Shown: positions 25,854 through 35,534 of the stretch, one piece after another
Position numbering within the stretch: the stretch's first letter is position 1
Layout: every line of letters starts with the position of its first letter
IMG/VR virus record: IMGVR_UViG_3300042140_000185
Span: 1 to 44,169 of that record
Reading direction: 5' to 3' (one strand)
Length of the DNA stretch: 44,169 bases
Source: a virus
Taxonomy: Duplodnaviria; Caudoviricetes
Notes under the pieces: model-generated
The model's input: only the letters and a program-made list of their open reading frames with translations
Told to the model about the DNA's origin: nothing
The model's database searches: none
Made by a program: the position numbers and the translations under genes

Positions 25854-26969
25854 CTATATCGGAAGGCGAAGGCCAAGCGTGGTGAAGTTGAACTGGTCGT
25901 GCAGTGCGTATCTGTTGACGATCACCTGCGGATTCGCCTCGCTGCTTCGCGGTCGCCCATTCCAGTTCAGCGCGACCGGCTGTGCAGACGGCGTCTGCGA
26001 TACGCCGCCCTCTTGGTAGTCCATCACTTTGACCATGGCACGCACTTTGTCGCCCGCCGCGACGTTGTCTGGGAGTAGGAGCGGCGGGACGACTTTCCCT
26101 CCATAGTGCCTGAGAGGCTGCCCGTACAGGTCGTCCTCGCCTCCGGCATTCACTGGAGAGAACGCCCTCACGTTGAAGCCCGTCATCGGCATGGCGACAT
26201 CCCACCCGATGTCAACGTCTGACTGACCACTAGATACCCATACGCTCTGCGTGTTTTTGCGGTACGCGAACTCATACGAAACCATGTAGCCGCGGTAGAG
26301 CGTCGTCCCCCATGACTCGACGTGCTGCTCTATGTTGCACGACTTGAACAGCGTCGAGCGAGGAAACAGAGAGAGTGCCCCAAAAGTACCGCTGTCGCTG
26401 TTCACCATGCCCACGGACGCCAGTTTGGCGGTCGGGTCGGCGGCCTCGAACTGCTTGAATGCGAAGTTGACGACTGGCTCGTACTTGGATACGCCGTCGT
26501 ACATATCTCCGACAATGTTCACGGCCGGGTATCTTCCTGGCAGTAGCACGCCGGCCGAATACTCTCCCCACGTCCACGCTGGCATCTCGACGTAGGAGGT
26601 GCTCACACTAAACGTCGCGTACCGCAGGTCGGGCGCCACGGCCTTCGGATCGCCGCCACCACCACCACCACCACCACCACCACCGCCGCTACCCCCGTCG
26701 CCGGCAGTCGTGCGGTACTGTGCCGTTATGATCCGCACGAGCCGGCTCTCGCCGTCTGCGCGACCCTCGACGCTCACGCACGGGATCGGGTTTGCGGTCG
26801 AGTAGACATCGCCGATGTTGACGCCGATGGCGGCGAACACGTCCAGGGCTTCGTTCGGCGAGTTCAGGATGACCTTGAACACGCGAGTCGCGGAGTCGGC
26901 TAGGCTCCCGCCGTCAGCGGACCTGGAGAATGAGTTTCCTTGAGCGAGTTCTGTGACGAGTTGGGGCAT
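25854..26969 (-). CDS. Putative distal tail/hub protein with poly-Gly loop
   Basis: Immediately follows tape measure; G12 run. Confidence 0.65.
   Translation of the reverse strand: MPQLVTELAQGNSFSRSADGGSLADSATRVFKVILNSPNEALDVFAAIGVNIGDVYSTANPIPCVSVEGRADGESRLVRIITAQYRTTAGDGGSGGGGGGGGGGGGDPKAVAPDLRYATFSVSTSYVEMPAWTWGEYSAGVLLPGRYPAVNIVGDMYDGVSKYEPVVNFAFKQFEAADPTAKLASVGMVNSDSGTFGALSLFPRSTLFKSCNIEQHVESWGTTLYRGYMVSYEFAYRKNTQSVWVSSGQSDVDIGWDVAMPMTGFNVRAFSPVNAGGEDDLYGQPLRHYGGKVVPPLLLPDNVAAGDKVRAMVKVMDYQEGGVSQTPSAQPVALNWNGRPRSSEANPQVIVNRYALHDQFNFTTLGLRLPI
26658..26684. repeat. (ACC)9 / (GGT)9 microsatellite
   Basis: Direct count; encodes 9 of 12 consecutive Gly. Confidence 0.95.
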
Positions 26970-29900
26970 TACAGCGCGACTCCGACTTGACGGCCGATCT
27001 CGGCGAGCTTCTGGTTGACGTTCTGGAGTTCCTGGGATTGCTTCTGGAGTTCAAGGAGGTTCTGGTCGCGGGCCGAGTCTTCGCCGCGAAGTAGCCGGTT
27101 AAGCTCGCGAGCGCCTTCCTGTGTGGAGATGTCGGAGACGTTCATGGCGGCCCGACTCGGCCCCTGAAGCACGGCGTTCGCGACGGAGTCGGCGAGGTTG
27201 AAGATGGCAGGGGCGGCAGCACGCTGCTGGTCGGCGGCAAAACGGCGGATCGCGTCGTCTCTCTGGCTTCTCAGGTCTTCTGCCTGCGCCTCGGTCGCCG
27301 CCCCCGGCATCCCGTTTGTGCTGTCGAGTATGCCGCGAAGCTGCTCGTCGAAGGCCGCGTTGATGTCTGCAAAACCCTGCGCAATATCACGAGCCGCACG
27401 CTGTGCCGGAGTTTCCATTAGGTCGAGGCCGCGAGTGGCGTCACCTTCTGGCGACTGCCTCCTGCGAACCTCGGCGTCGAACTCTCGCTCGCGGTCAAGT
27501 TGCTCGATCAGCCGCCGCCTGGCGTCTATCTCGTAGGCGATGGCGTCCTGCTGCTGCCTCTCGGCCTCCGTGAGCGAATAGAGGGCACGCTCCCGCTCGG
27601 CGTACAATTCGGCTTCGCGGTTCCGAAGCCTCTCCATCTCCCGAGGGTCGGCTTCTGTGCCGTTTATCCTGGCTTCCTCGGCCAGCCGCTCTCGCTCCTG
27701 CCTGACGGCCTCTAGCTCTTCGTTGACGGCCCTCACGCCTGGGCTGTTCGCAAGCAACTCATCGCGGCGCCTGTCCATGGCGTTGTTCGCCTTAGCCAGT
27801 CGCTCTCGGTCGTTTATCAACTGCTCCTCTGCGGCATCTCTGTCTCGACGATTTGCCGCCGTCGGGCTCTGCGTTAGCCTCCGCTGGGCGTCGTTGGCAA
27901 TATTCTCTGATGCGGAAAGCGCGTCGGCTCCGATTTTGCGGATGCGCTCGACGGCCTTCTCCATCGCCAGGGCGGCCTCGGCGGTTGCTGCGACCAAGTC
28001 GCTCGCGGCCTGCGCCTCCTCCAGTCTCTGGCGCGCGGCAGCCTGGTCTTGCTCTGTCCCGCTTGCAATTGCCTGCTCAAGCTCTCGGCGAGCGGCGACT
28101 TCGGCGTCCACGGCCGAAGTGAGCCTTGCCGTCAATCCGGCGTACTGGTTCGCAAAACGCTCGCTGCCTTGGAGGGCAGACAGGGCCGACGTGCTCCTCT
28201 CGCCGCCAAATGTGCGGCCGAGCCGTACCTCTCTCGCGGCTTCATTGATTGCGTCTTGCCGATTTCGGATGTCGCGAATCTCAGACTCTGCCCGTCGGAC
28301 CTCTGTCTCGCGCCTCGCGGGGTCGTCTTTGATCTCTTGCGCTGCCTTGAGTCGCTGTTCTGCGGCTTCAAGCTGTTTTGCTGTGTTATCAAGGCCAGCC
28401 TGGAAGTCCGCGGCCCCTTTGACGCCGCGGCGTATGGCGTCTGCAACATCTCCTTGCGCATCCTCAATGGCGATCGACACGCCTATTGAGGATTCGATGA
28501 TTTTGTTTGACAGTTCATCGAGAGCTTTTTGGAGCGGGAGCTCTAGCGACGCCAGAGTCCTTTCGAGATTCGCAACATCCCCCCTGGCGCGTACAATCTC
28601 AGGGTTTTCCTCAAACGCCATGACGGACAATGGCCTGGCTGCCATGTCTCGACGCTCGGCCAGTCTTTCCCGCAAGAGTCGGCCCTGCTCAAGGACCGAA
28701 TCTGCACCGGCAAAGTCAGCTTCTGCCCTGGCCCTTCTTTCTGAGGCCCTTCTCTCGCTCTCCGATGTCAGCCGCCCGCCAACCAGGAACTCGTTTGCCC
28801 GTATCGTTCCGAGAACAGTGCGTAGCACGTCGTCCCGGCCTGGGGGCGTAGCCTGCGACAGTTCAGAAACCCGATCTCGCTCCCTCCTCTGTGACTCGCG
28901 AATCTGACCAGCCAGAGCAACTCGCCTTCCCGCGTTCGTTTCGCCCTCAAGTTCCCTTGACAGTCTGTTCTGCTCGCCGCGTTCGCGCTGCACGGTTTCG
29001 TCAAGATCGGCGACTCGCGACTCGCGCAGCTCTCGCTGCTTCTTGGCGATGTCATCTAGTTCTTTACGAAACGCCCTCGCCTGCTCCGCTGGCTCTGAGA
29101 ACGCGCGCCTCGCAATAGAGTCCCCCAGAGACTCAAAAGCCTGCGCCAGTTCCTCGACGAGTGACTTCTGCCTCGCCAGCGCGTCGTTCAGAGCCTTCGT
29201 CTGATCTTGGGCCGTGCGGCCGTTGTTGATCCACTTGATCAAGCCGACGACCGCCTGTGTGGCGATGGCGACCCCAAGGCCGATGAACAAGCCTCGCGTG
29301 CCGCCGATGATGAACGCCAACTGCGTGACATTGTTCTGGACGGCACGAATCTTCTGCGTGAAGTCACCAGTCGAACTGAAGAAGTCGTCGATGGCGAACG
29401 CCGCCTGCTGGGCGGCGAGCGACAAGTTGCCAAAGCCCCCGCGTGCGATGTCCCCTCCGCGGCGAATCTCCCGCAAGGCTGCGCCGAATGAAATTCTCCC
29501 AGTTGCCGCTGCGGCCTGTGCCGCCTCGGCAATCAGGTTCTCAAGCTCTTCGGCAAAGGCTCGCGATCCAAGAGTCCCTGCCGCCGCCGCACGCTGGATC
29601 GCAGCACGCATTGCGTCGAACTGCCTGGCGGCATCGCCTCCGGCCTGGGCGCCGACGCGAGCAAGGATTTGCTGGTACGCCTGGAGGCTGCCTATGGCAC
29701 CGCGGAGCGCCGTGTCGTCAAGAGCCTGTGCGAACGTCGGCAGGGCTGATGCCTGTGAGACACGGCGAAGTGTCTGCCCAAGTCGATCAGCCTCATTGGC
29801 GGCATTCTCTATCTCTTCTGCCGTGGCCGCAGGACCCAGCGCAGCCAGCCGAATAAAGCTCGCCTCGGCCTGCTGAATCGCCGGTATGAACTGCGCGCGG

Positions 29901-31402
29901 ATTCCGGCAGGCAGCGTGTCAAGCTGCCCCTTCAAGCCAGTGATGGAGCCCTTGAGGACTTCCAGTTGACGCTGCGGGTCGGTGAGGTCGCGGCCGAGGT
30001 CGGCGAATCTGGAGTCTTGCTGCCTGCCTGCAATCTGGTCAACGCTTTCCTGGAGCCGAAGAAGCCTCTCAAACTGCGCAATTAGCGGATCGCCGGCTGC
30101 GACGCTGTTTCTGAAATCGGCGATGAGGCCGTCCAGACTAAGTCGGTCATCGAGGCTGAAGTTGCCGATCCGCGAAAGCAACCCTTGAAACTCTCTGTCG
30201 ATCTGATCAGCAGTTTGCGGGATTTGCCGAATCGCCAAGTCCCACGCCTCGTTGATGGCGCGGATGCGATCAAAACCTGGCGGCACCGTTGGGCCGTATT
30301 CGGTCGAGGCGAGCTTTGCACGCTCCTCAAGCCTGTCAAGGACGGCGTTCAACTGCTCTGCGCTTGATTTCCCTGTCTGCACATTGTCGGCCAGCCTCGC
30401 CGCAATCGAAGCAAGGCCCGATAGCCCCACTTTTGCGGAGTCAGGAAGTGCGGCGTACACCTGTGAAAGTTGTCTCGCGCGGTCGATGGCCTGCTCTTCT
30501 TGCGTCCCAGCTTGACGCCCAAAAAGCCCTAACCCTCTTTGCTGGACAGGCTGTGGCACAACCGTCAGCGATCTTGAGCCAGGAGGAGAAGCCACCTGCT
30601 CGGTGAGGTCGATAACCTCGCGCAGACGACGGCTGAGAAGCTCAAGGGCTCGCTGCGAGATAGTCGTATCGAGCCCCTGAGAACTCAGCCGCTCGATCCT
30701 CGCGCTGACACGGTCGAACTGCTCGCTCAACACCTGCCCGTCGCGAAGCAGTTCTCTCGCGATCGGCGATGACCGCGTTGCAGAAGAGGACGCTGCTAGT
30801 TTTTGCTGCGCTGTAGCGAGTTGCCGGAATTGATCGACAACCTCCGGCCGCGCGAACGTCAACTCTTCGCCTGTGAACAAGCCTGAAGAAAGCGATGCCT
30901 GCTCACGTAGCCTGCCGATGGCTGCCGTAACGACGCGAACGTCATCAGCAAGTCCGCTGAACTCACGCTGGCCGACTGCGCCGTTCTCCTCAATTCTGCG
31001 GCGCACACCGACGAGTGCGTCCTGCACTCCGACCAGCGCTGGCGTAAATTGCCTCTGAACGCCGTCGGAAAGCGCGCCCAACTGTTTTGCTGAGTCAGCG
31101 AGCGGCTTTGCGATCTGCCTGGCGGAAAGAACAAGCTGCTCGATCTGCCTCGCTGCTTGAGCGTCCTTGATGGCGAGTGGTTGGCTGACCGCGTTTCTAA
31201 GAGAAGCCTGAAGCCTTTGCAGTGGCGTGAAGATGCCGTCAAAGCTCGCCTTCGCCGACTTTTCAAACGACGACAGCGTGCCCTGCGTGCGGCGAGCCCA
31301 CGAGTTGATAGAGTTTCCGGCACTGTTCAGCGTCGGCGCAACGCTAGAGGCGTTGATTGAGACGACCGCCGATATTTTGCCGAGATACCCGCGTGCGGCC
31401 AT
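26969..31402 (-). CDS. Tape measure protein
   Basis: 1477 aa, Ala/Arg/Gln-rich helical, central hydrophobic patch, follows chaperone genes. Confidence 0.88.
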   Translation of the reverse strand: MAARGYLGKISAVVSINASSVAPTLNSAGNSINSWARRTQGTLSSFEKSAKASFDGIFTPLQRLQASLRNAVSQPLAIKDAQAARQIEQLVLSARQIAKPLADSAKQLGALSDGVQRQFTPALVGVQDALVGVRRRIEENGAVGQREFSGLADDVRVVTAAIGRLREQASLSSGLFTGEELTFARPEVVDQFRQLATAQQKLAASSSATRSSPIARELLRDGQVLSEQFDRVSARIERLSSQGLDTTISQRALELLSRRLREVIDLTEQVASPPGSRSLTVVPQPVQQRGLGLFGRQAGTQEEQAIDRARQLSQVYAALPDSAKVGLSGLASIAARLADNVQTGKSSAEQLNAVLDRLEERAKLASTEYGPTVPPGFDRIRAINEAWDLAIRQIPQTADQIDREFQGLLSRIGNFSLDDRLSLDGLIADFRNSVAAGDPLIAQFERLLRLQESVDQIAGRQQDSRFADLGRDLTDPQRQLEVLKGSITGLKGQLDTLPAGIRAQFIPAIQQAEASFIRLAALGPAATAEEIENAANEADRLGQTLRRVSQASALPTFAQALDDTALRGAIGSLQAYQQILARVGAQAGGDAARQFDAMRAAIQRAAAAGTLGSRAFAEELENLIAEAAQAAAATGRISFGAALREIRRGGDIARGGFGNLSLAAQQAAFAIDDFFSSTGDFTQKIRAVQNNVTQLAFIIGGTRGLFIGLGVAIATQAVVGLIKWINNGRTAQDQTKALNDALARQKSLVEELAQAFESLGDSIARRAFSEPAEQARAFRKELDDIAKKQRELRESRVADLDETVQRERGEQNRLSRELEGETNAGRRVALAGQIRESQRRERDRVSELSQATPPGRDDVLRTVLGTIRANEFLVGGRLTSESERRASERRARAEADFAGADSVLEQGRLLRERLAERRDMAARPLSVMAFEENPEIVRARGDVANLERTLASLELPLQKALDELSNKIIESSIGVSIAIEDAQGDVADAIRRGVKGAADFQAGLDNTAKQLEAAEQRLKAAQEIKDDPARRETEVRRAESEIRDIRNRQDAINEAAREVRLGRTFGGERSTSALSALQGSERFANQYAGLTARLTSAVDAEVAARRELEQAIASGTEQDQAAARQRLEEAQAASDLVAATAEAALAMEKAVERIRKIGADALSASENIANDAQRRLTQSPTAANRRDRDAAEEQLINDRERLAKANNAMDRRRDELLANSPGVRAVNEELEAVRQERERLAEEARINGTEADPREMERLRNREAELYAERERALYSLTEAERQQQDAIAYEIDARRRLIEQLDREREFDAEVRRRQSPEGDATRGLDLMETPAQRAARDIAQGFADINAAFDEQLRGILDSTNGMPGAATEAQAEDLRSQRDDAIRRFAADQQRAAAPAIFNLADSVANAVLQGPSRAAMNVSDISTQEGARELNRLLRGEDSARDQNLLELQKQSQELQNVNQKLAEIGRQVGVAL

Positions 31403-31406
31403 TGCC

Positions 31407-31721
31407 TCATCCTTGTGGCTGCTGCAACTTCATCAACTCTGCAAACATCGCCTCTTGCGACTGCCTTGGCTTCTTCGACGACGGTATGAAGACTTCCTCT
31501 TCAGGTACCCGCTTGTAGTTCCCGCTGGCTGCCATCACGATCCGGCAGATTCGCGCCGTCTGCTGCCAGTGATCCGGCAGCGGCCACAGCGCGTCATATG
31601 CCGCCCACTCCGACAACTCCTTGCTATCGACCTCCTCAAGCAAGCGCCGCACGCTCATGCCGAGGCAGAGCGCTAGTTTGAAGTAGAACCGGCGTTCGGG
31701 GCGGGCGACGAACCTTCCCCC
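31407..31721 (-). CDS. Tail assembly chaperone gpGT extension (-1 frame)
   Basis: -1 frame open from the slippery site: GRFVARPERRFYFKLALCLGMSVRRLL...ELSEW. Confidence 0.75.
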   Translation of the reverse strand, partial: GGRFVARPERRFYFKLALCLGMSVRRLLEEVDSKELSEWAAYDALWPLPDHWQQTARICRIVMAASGNYKRVPEEEVFIPSSKKPRQSQEAMFAELMKLQQPQG

Positions 31722-32047
31722 AAGGCATCAACTGCCTCCTGGGTGAAGGCGTTGTGCTGCCACGCCTCGTCGAAGAGCCGATTGATGACCACGCTCGACT
31801 TCTTGCCGAGGTCTTCGATGTCCTTGTCCTCGAAGAGTCGCTCGCCGGCCTCGTCGGCCAGCGTCAGCACCAGGAACCGCACCCGAAACGCCTTCATCTT
31901 CTGCTCGGCGTAGGAGTCCTCGAACTGGTCGCGCTCGGCGCCGCTGATGGTGCGGAAGAAAACGTCGCCGCCCCACTCCGGTACGGGCAGCGGCCCCTTC
32001 AGTTTCGTGTCCTTCGCCGCGAGGATCGCCTTCTTACTCAGTGCCAT
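31673..32047 (-). CDS. Tail assembly chaperone gpG
   Basis: VPEWGGDVFFRTISGAERDQFE...DEAGERLF. Confidence 0.8.
   Translation of the reverse strand: MALSKKAILAAKDTKLKGPLPVPEWGGDVFFRTISGAERDQFEDSYAEQKMKAFRVRFLVLTLADEAGERLFEDKDIEDLGKKSSVVINRLFDEAWQHNAFTQEAVDALGEGSSPAPNAGSTSN
31715..31721 (-). promoter_or_regulatory. -1 ribosomal frameshift site G GGG GAA
   Basis: Near the gpG 3' end; frame arithmetic links gpG to ORF 31407..31658. Confidence 0.7.
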
Positions 32048-32053
32048 CGAAAA

Positions 32054-32428
32054 TCAACTCCCGTAGTAATCCGTCATCCGGAATCGCAAAGTCCCTCGCA
32101 CGATGTCGCCGGTCCTGGCTTCTGTCGTTGCTGATTCGAGAATTGCGTTTCGCAGCACCGAGTAGTTCGGCGATACGAATCGCAGCGACCCGCGGCTGCG
32201 GACCAGAGACTGCGGGTCGGCCTGGAGCGGCCCCGCATGGATGTAGTCCACCGAGATTGAGCCGCCCGACCAGTCGCCTGTCGGCGCAACGCTGATGGTG
32301 CCGAGCGGGTCCGTCGCGGAGGTCATATCTGTGACCTCCGCGACGGGCGTCTCGACCGAGATTCCGGTGACGATGGCACCGAAACCGTTAAACGTGAACG
32401 CAGCCCCTTGGGCAGAGACGCCTGCCAT
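32054..32428 (-). CDS. Tail tube-like protein 2
   Basis: MAGVSAQGAAFTF...SVDYI...GTLRFR. Confidence 0.6.
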   Translation of the reverse strand: MAGVSAQGAAFTFNGFGAIVTGISVETPVAEVTDMTSATDPLGTISVAPTGDWSGGSISVDYIHAGPLQADPQSLVRSRGSLRFVSPNYSVLRNAILESATTEARTGDIVRGTLRFRMTDYYGS

Positions 32429-32434
32429 GTCGCC

Positions 32435-32770
32435 TTACGCGACGCGGAAGGTCGCGCTCCCGCTGATGAGGGCACCGACGGAGCCGCCGATCGACGCCGA
32501 AGCGCAGGTCGCGTTTCCGCTGAACGAGATCGGGCCGCTGATCGACAGCGCGCCGGACGTGCCGGCGGCGAGGATCGTTGCGGAGATGTAGTCCACTGTG
32601 ACCTCGCGGTCGGTCGCGAACCCGCCGACGTACTCGCGGCGGCCGTTTGGGGCGATCCCGAGGTGGCTGCCGTCGATGAGGTCTTGCGTGTCATTGACCT
32701 GAACGCTCGTGACCGTGAGCGCCGAACCGCCGAAGGTGAAGGTGAGCCCCTGTGCAGCAACGCCAGCCAT
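32435..32770 (-). CDS. Tail tube-like protein 1, probable major tail protein
   Basis: MAGVAAQGLTFTF...TVDYI...GSATFR; strong RBS; after tail terminator. Confidence 0.65.
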   Translation of the reverse strand: MAGVAAQGLTFTFGGSALTVTSVQVNDTQDLIDGSHLGIAPNGRREYVGGFATDREVTVDYISATILAAGTSGALSISGPISFSGNATCASASIGGSVGALISGSATFRVA

Positions 32771-32809
32771 TTGTTTGCGCCTCCTTGCGCCGTTGTCTTG
32801 TCCCGCCGA

Positions 32810-33235
32810 CTATTCGGTCGCCTCGTGCCACCGAATCTGCCAAAGTTGTCTGACCTCATAGGCCGGCGGTAGTTGGGCGCCGACGGCCGTGGGGTCGAGG
32901 AAGTCGTCCGTTTCGGACACCAACCTCATATCTTCTATCGTAACACCCGCGAGGGTGCCGGTGGCTCCATCAAGAGCGAGCCGCACCTCGTCGGCGAGTT
33001 CCCTCGCGCCGTCGTAGTTCGTCGCCCACGACGCGATCTGGAGGTTCACCAGCGGCATGAACATCGGCCCCGACAGATGCGACTCCCTTGTGATGTTCTG
33101 CCGCTTATAGATGCAAAACGGGAGGACGGCGTTCTTCGGCACCGCGATCGGGTACACCTGGAAGCCGACGAGCCGCGCGACCCGCGGGGCGGTCGCCAGC
33201 TTGAGGTAAACGTGCTTTTCTGGGGCGATGAGCAT
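32810..33235 (-). CDS. Tail terminator/completion protein (DUF3168-like)
   Basis: VYP...LPFCIY...LQIASWA..YDGARELADEVRLALDG. Confidence 0.82.
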   Translation of the reverse strand: MLIAPEKHVYLKLATAPRVARLVGFQVYPIAVPKNAVLPFCIYKRQNITRESHLSGPMFMPLVNLQIASWATNYDGARELADEVRLALDGATGTLAGVTIEDMRLVSETDDFLDPTAVGAQLPPAYEVRQLWQIRWHEATE

Positions 33236-33240
33236 GGTGG

Positions 33241-34032
33241 CTAGACTGTCCCCCCTGCCATGAGCGTGTCCATGTAGCCGCTCATCGTGTTAATCAGCCG
33301 GCTCATCACCTCGCCGCTCGTTTCGGCGATCGTCCGCTCCATCGTGTGCTGGGCGGGCATCGGTGCGATTGTCTCCCCCGGCTGGAGCGTGATCGGGTGC
33401 ATCTCGCCTGGTGCGTCGGAGCCAAAGTCGTGCGGGTAGCCGCTCCCCATCTTGGCCTGCCGCGTCCGCTCGTTCTTTGAGCCCATGAGGAAGTAGTGGC
33501 CCTTCGACATCCGAGCGAATTGCTCGTTGTTGAATGGCTTGCTGGTGCCATTGATGGGGCGCATCCTGTTGTTGATCATTTGATGTACATTGATGTAGGT
33601 GCGTCTTCCCTGCGTGCCTGGGCGGCGGGCTCCAGAGCCAAACTCGACGAGCCAGGCGTGGTTGCCGCTGCCAGTTTCTTGGTTGGCACCGACTGGGCCA
33701 GTCACCTGCGGCCCTGTGATTGCCACGCCGACACCGCGGTACTTCGACATCTGCTTCGGCGGCTTGGTCGCCACCGACTTGAAGAGGTTGTCCGTGACCT
33801 TGTTGATCTTCTTCTTGTAGCCCTCGCGGATCGGACGCGACGCTTCGGCGGCCGCTTTCATTAGGATGCGGTCGGAGTTCTGGTTCGCGCGGATCGCCAT
33901 CAACTCCAGCCTGGCGGCAATCTCTGCGGCGCCCTGAAGACGAACGCTGACGAAAGCCTCGGCAGACTGTTTTCCAGTCCTGCCGCTTTCCAGCATCCGC
34001 GGCATCGTGGCGTCGATCTGTACGGCCATCAC
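33241..34032 (-). CDS. HK97 gp10-like neck protein with large insertion
   Basis: TDNLFKSV...HAWLVEFGS...MPAQH. Confidence 0.7.
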   Translation of the reverse strand: MMAVQIDATMPRMLESGRTGKQSAEAFVSVRLQGAAEIAARLELMAIRANQNSDRILMKAAAEASRPIREGYKKKINKVTDNLFKSVATKPPKQMSKYRGVGVAITGPQVTGPVGANQETGSGNHAWLVEFGSGARRPGTQGRRTYINVHQMINNRMRPINGTSKPFNNEQFARMSKGHYFLMGSKNERTRQAKMGSGYPHDFGSDAPGEMHPITLQPGETIAPMPAQHTMERTIAETSGEVMSRLINTMSGYMDTLMAGGTV

Positions 34033-34343
34033 GCCACCTCGCGGGCAAGGAGTTCGAGCATCGTCCTGTTGTCACGGTCTGTCACACTAGCGATTTCCAT
34101 CGTTTTTCCGCGGTACTCAACTCGCTGAAGGTGTGTCACGCCGTCCAGGTGCCGAATGCGGATGCGGTGCGTCGCGATCACGTTCGCCTGCTGGGCCTGC
34201 AACAGGTCGCGGCTGGAAAGCCCCTCGACGCTCGCCCACACCTCCGCAAACGTCTCCCACGACAGCGTCGTCTCGCCGGAGGGGCTATACGCCTCGGTCG
34301 GAGACTTGATGACGATGCGGTCGTGCATCCGGCCGATGATCAT
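34029..34343 (-). CDS. Head closure/head-tail adaptor (SPP1 gp16-like)
   Basis: GRMHDRIVI...W...AEVWASVE.LS.R...THRIRIR. Confidence 0.85.
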   Translation of the reverse strand: MIIGRMHDRIVIKSPTEAYSPSGETTLSWETFAEVWASVEGLSSRDLLQAQQANVIATHRIRIRHLDGVTHLQRVEYRGKTMEIASVTDRDNRTMLELLAREVA

Positions 34344-34672
34344 TAGCCCACCCAGATGGCCGTATACGCCCCGCTGCCGCTCGGCGCCGCCACCGTCACG
34401 GTGGCCGTGACCGGGAGGACCGCGAGCCTACCGGCCGCCACGTCGATGGCACCCGCCACACGCAGGACCGACGTGCCGGTGTTCTTGATCGCCAGCGTCG
34501 AGAGCGATCCGCTGCCGACGATCGACACGGCCGACGTGCCGACGGTGCCGCCAATCGTCGCAGCCGAGGCTGGCTCAGTCATGCGGTTGTCGGTCAGGGT
34601 GCCCACAGAGAATGTCAAGCCGTCGGTATCGTGATAGATGACGCTGACATCGACTCGTGCCTTCACGCTCAT
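34343..34672 (-). CDS. Hypothetical virion protein
   Basis: Beta-rich; coupled between neck genes. Confidence 0.6.
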   Translation of the reverse strand: MSVKARVDVSVIYHDTDGLTFSVGTLTDNRMTEPASAATIGGTVGTSAVSIVGSGSLSTLAIKNTGTSVLRVAGAIDVAAGRLAVLPVTATVTVAAPSGSGAYTAIWVG

Positions 34673-35346
34673 CGGTACGCTCCCCAGTCAGTTGCCGCCA
34701 CCAGCGTCTCCACAGTCTTTGGCACAGGCAGCACCTGCGAGTACCCGGTGACGACGGGCTGCCGCATCTCGAACCAGTGGGCCACCAGAAGCATGATCAC
34801 GCCGCGGGCCGTAGCGGGGCAGTCAAAGCCAGTTGGGCCGTAGCCCGCCGGCCAGCGGACGGTGACGCTGTTCTCGTCGCCGCGAGGCACGGGCCAGTTC
34901 CCGCTGTAGTTCGGATACACGCGGCCCGGCGTCGTGCGATGATCTGTCTGGAAGTGGCCGCTCGCGCTCGACAGCGTCTGCGTGGCGCCGTTTCCGTCTC
35001 GGTAAGTGATCGTCACCGTGCCGGCGGCCATCGGCGGCTTCGGCAGGACGATCTCCCACACCGGGAACAGATCGTAGCGGGCCTCAAGCGTCTGCGAGAT
35101 CAGCGAGATGTCGAGCGTGCCCTCAAGCCACTCGCGGGCCATTGTGATGTACGAGGCGACGAGGGCGTCTTCTGCGTCGGCGTCGATCCTGGCCTGTGAC
35201 TTCGCCTCGGAGACGCTCACCGGCTCGACGACCGGCTTCACGGCGACCGTGAGGCTGCGGTACGGCGTCAGCGTGACCGTCGGCGGAACGGGGGAGCCGA
35301 AAATCACGGAGCGCGGCCGGTCAGACGCTGGGCCATATACGATCAT
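34669..35346 (-). CDS. Head-tail connector (HK97 gp6-like)
   Basis: EPVSVSEAKSQARID...AREWLE...AGYG...LLVAHWFEMR. Confidence 0.88.
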   Translation of the reverse strand: MIVYGPASDRPRSVIFGSPVPPTVTLTPYRSLTVAVKPVVEPVSVSEAKSQARIDADAEDALVASYITMAREWLEGTLDISLISQTLEARYDLFPVWEIVLPKPPMAAGTVTITYRDGNGATQTLSSASGHFQTDHRTTPGRVYPNYSGNWPVPRGDENSVTVRWPAGYGPTGFDCPATARGVIMLLVAHWFEMRQPVVTGYSQVLPVPKTVETLVAATDWGAYR

Positions 35347-35534
35347 TTGCGCCGCTTCCTTGGCTTCCTGTCGATCGCCGCGTGCTCGACCTCTGGCTCG
35401 ACCGCCGCTGTCTCATCCTCGGACGCAGGCTCGACGAACCCGCGGGCCACGAAAATACGGGCGACGCCGTCGGGCCAGTCGAACTCCTGCCCTCGCTTGT
35501 ACGCCTGAAACGCTCGAACGACCCGAATCTTCAT
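35343..35534 (-). CDS. Small head-associated protein
   Basis: MKIRVVRAF..YKRGQEF...GFVEP; basic tail. Confidence 0.6.
   Translation of the reverse strand: MKIRVVRAFQAYKRGQEFDWPDGVARIFVARGFVEPASEDETAAVEPEVEHAAIDRKPRKRRK

Noticed and set aside
27657-28907. 416-aa + strand ORF
   Set aside because: Ser/Arg-rich antisense of tape measure
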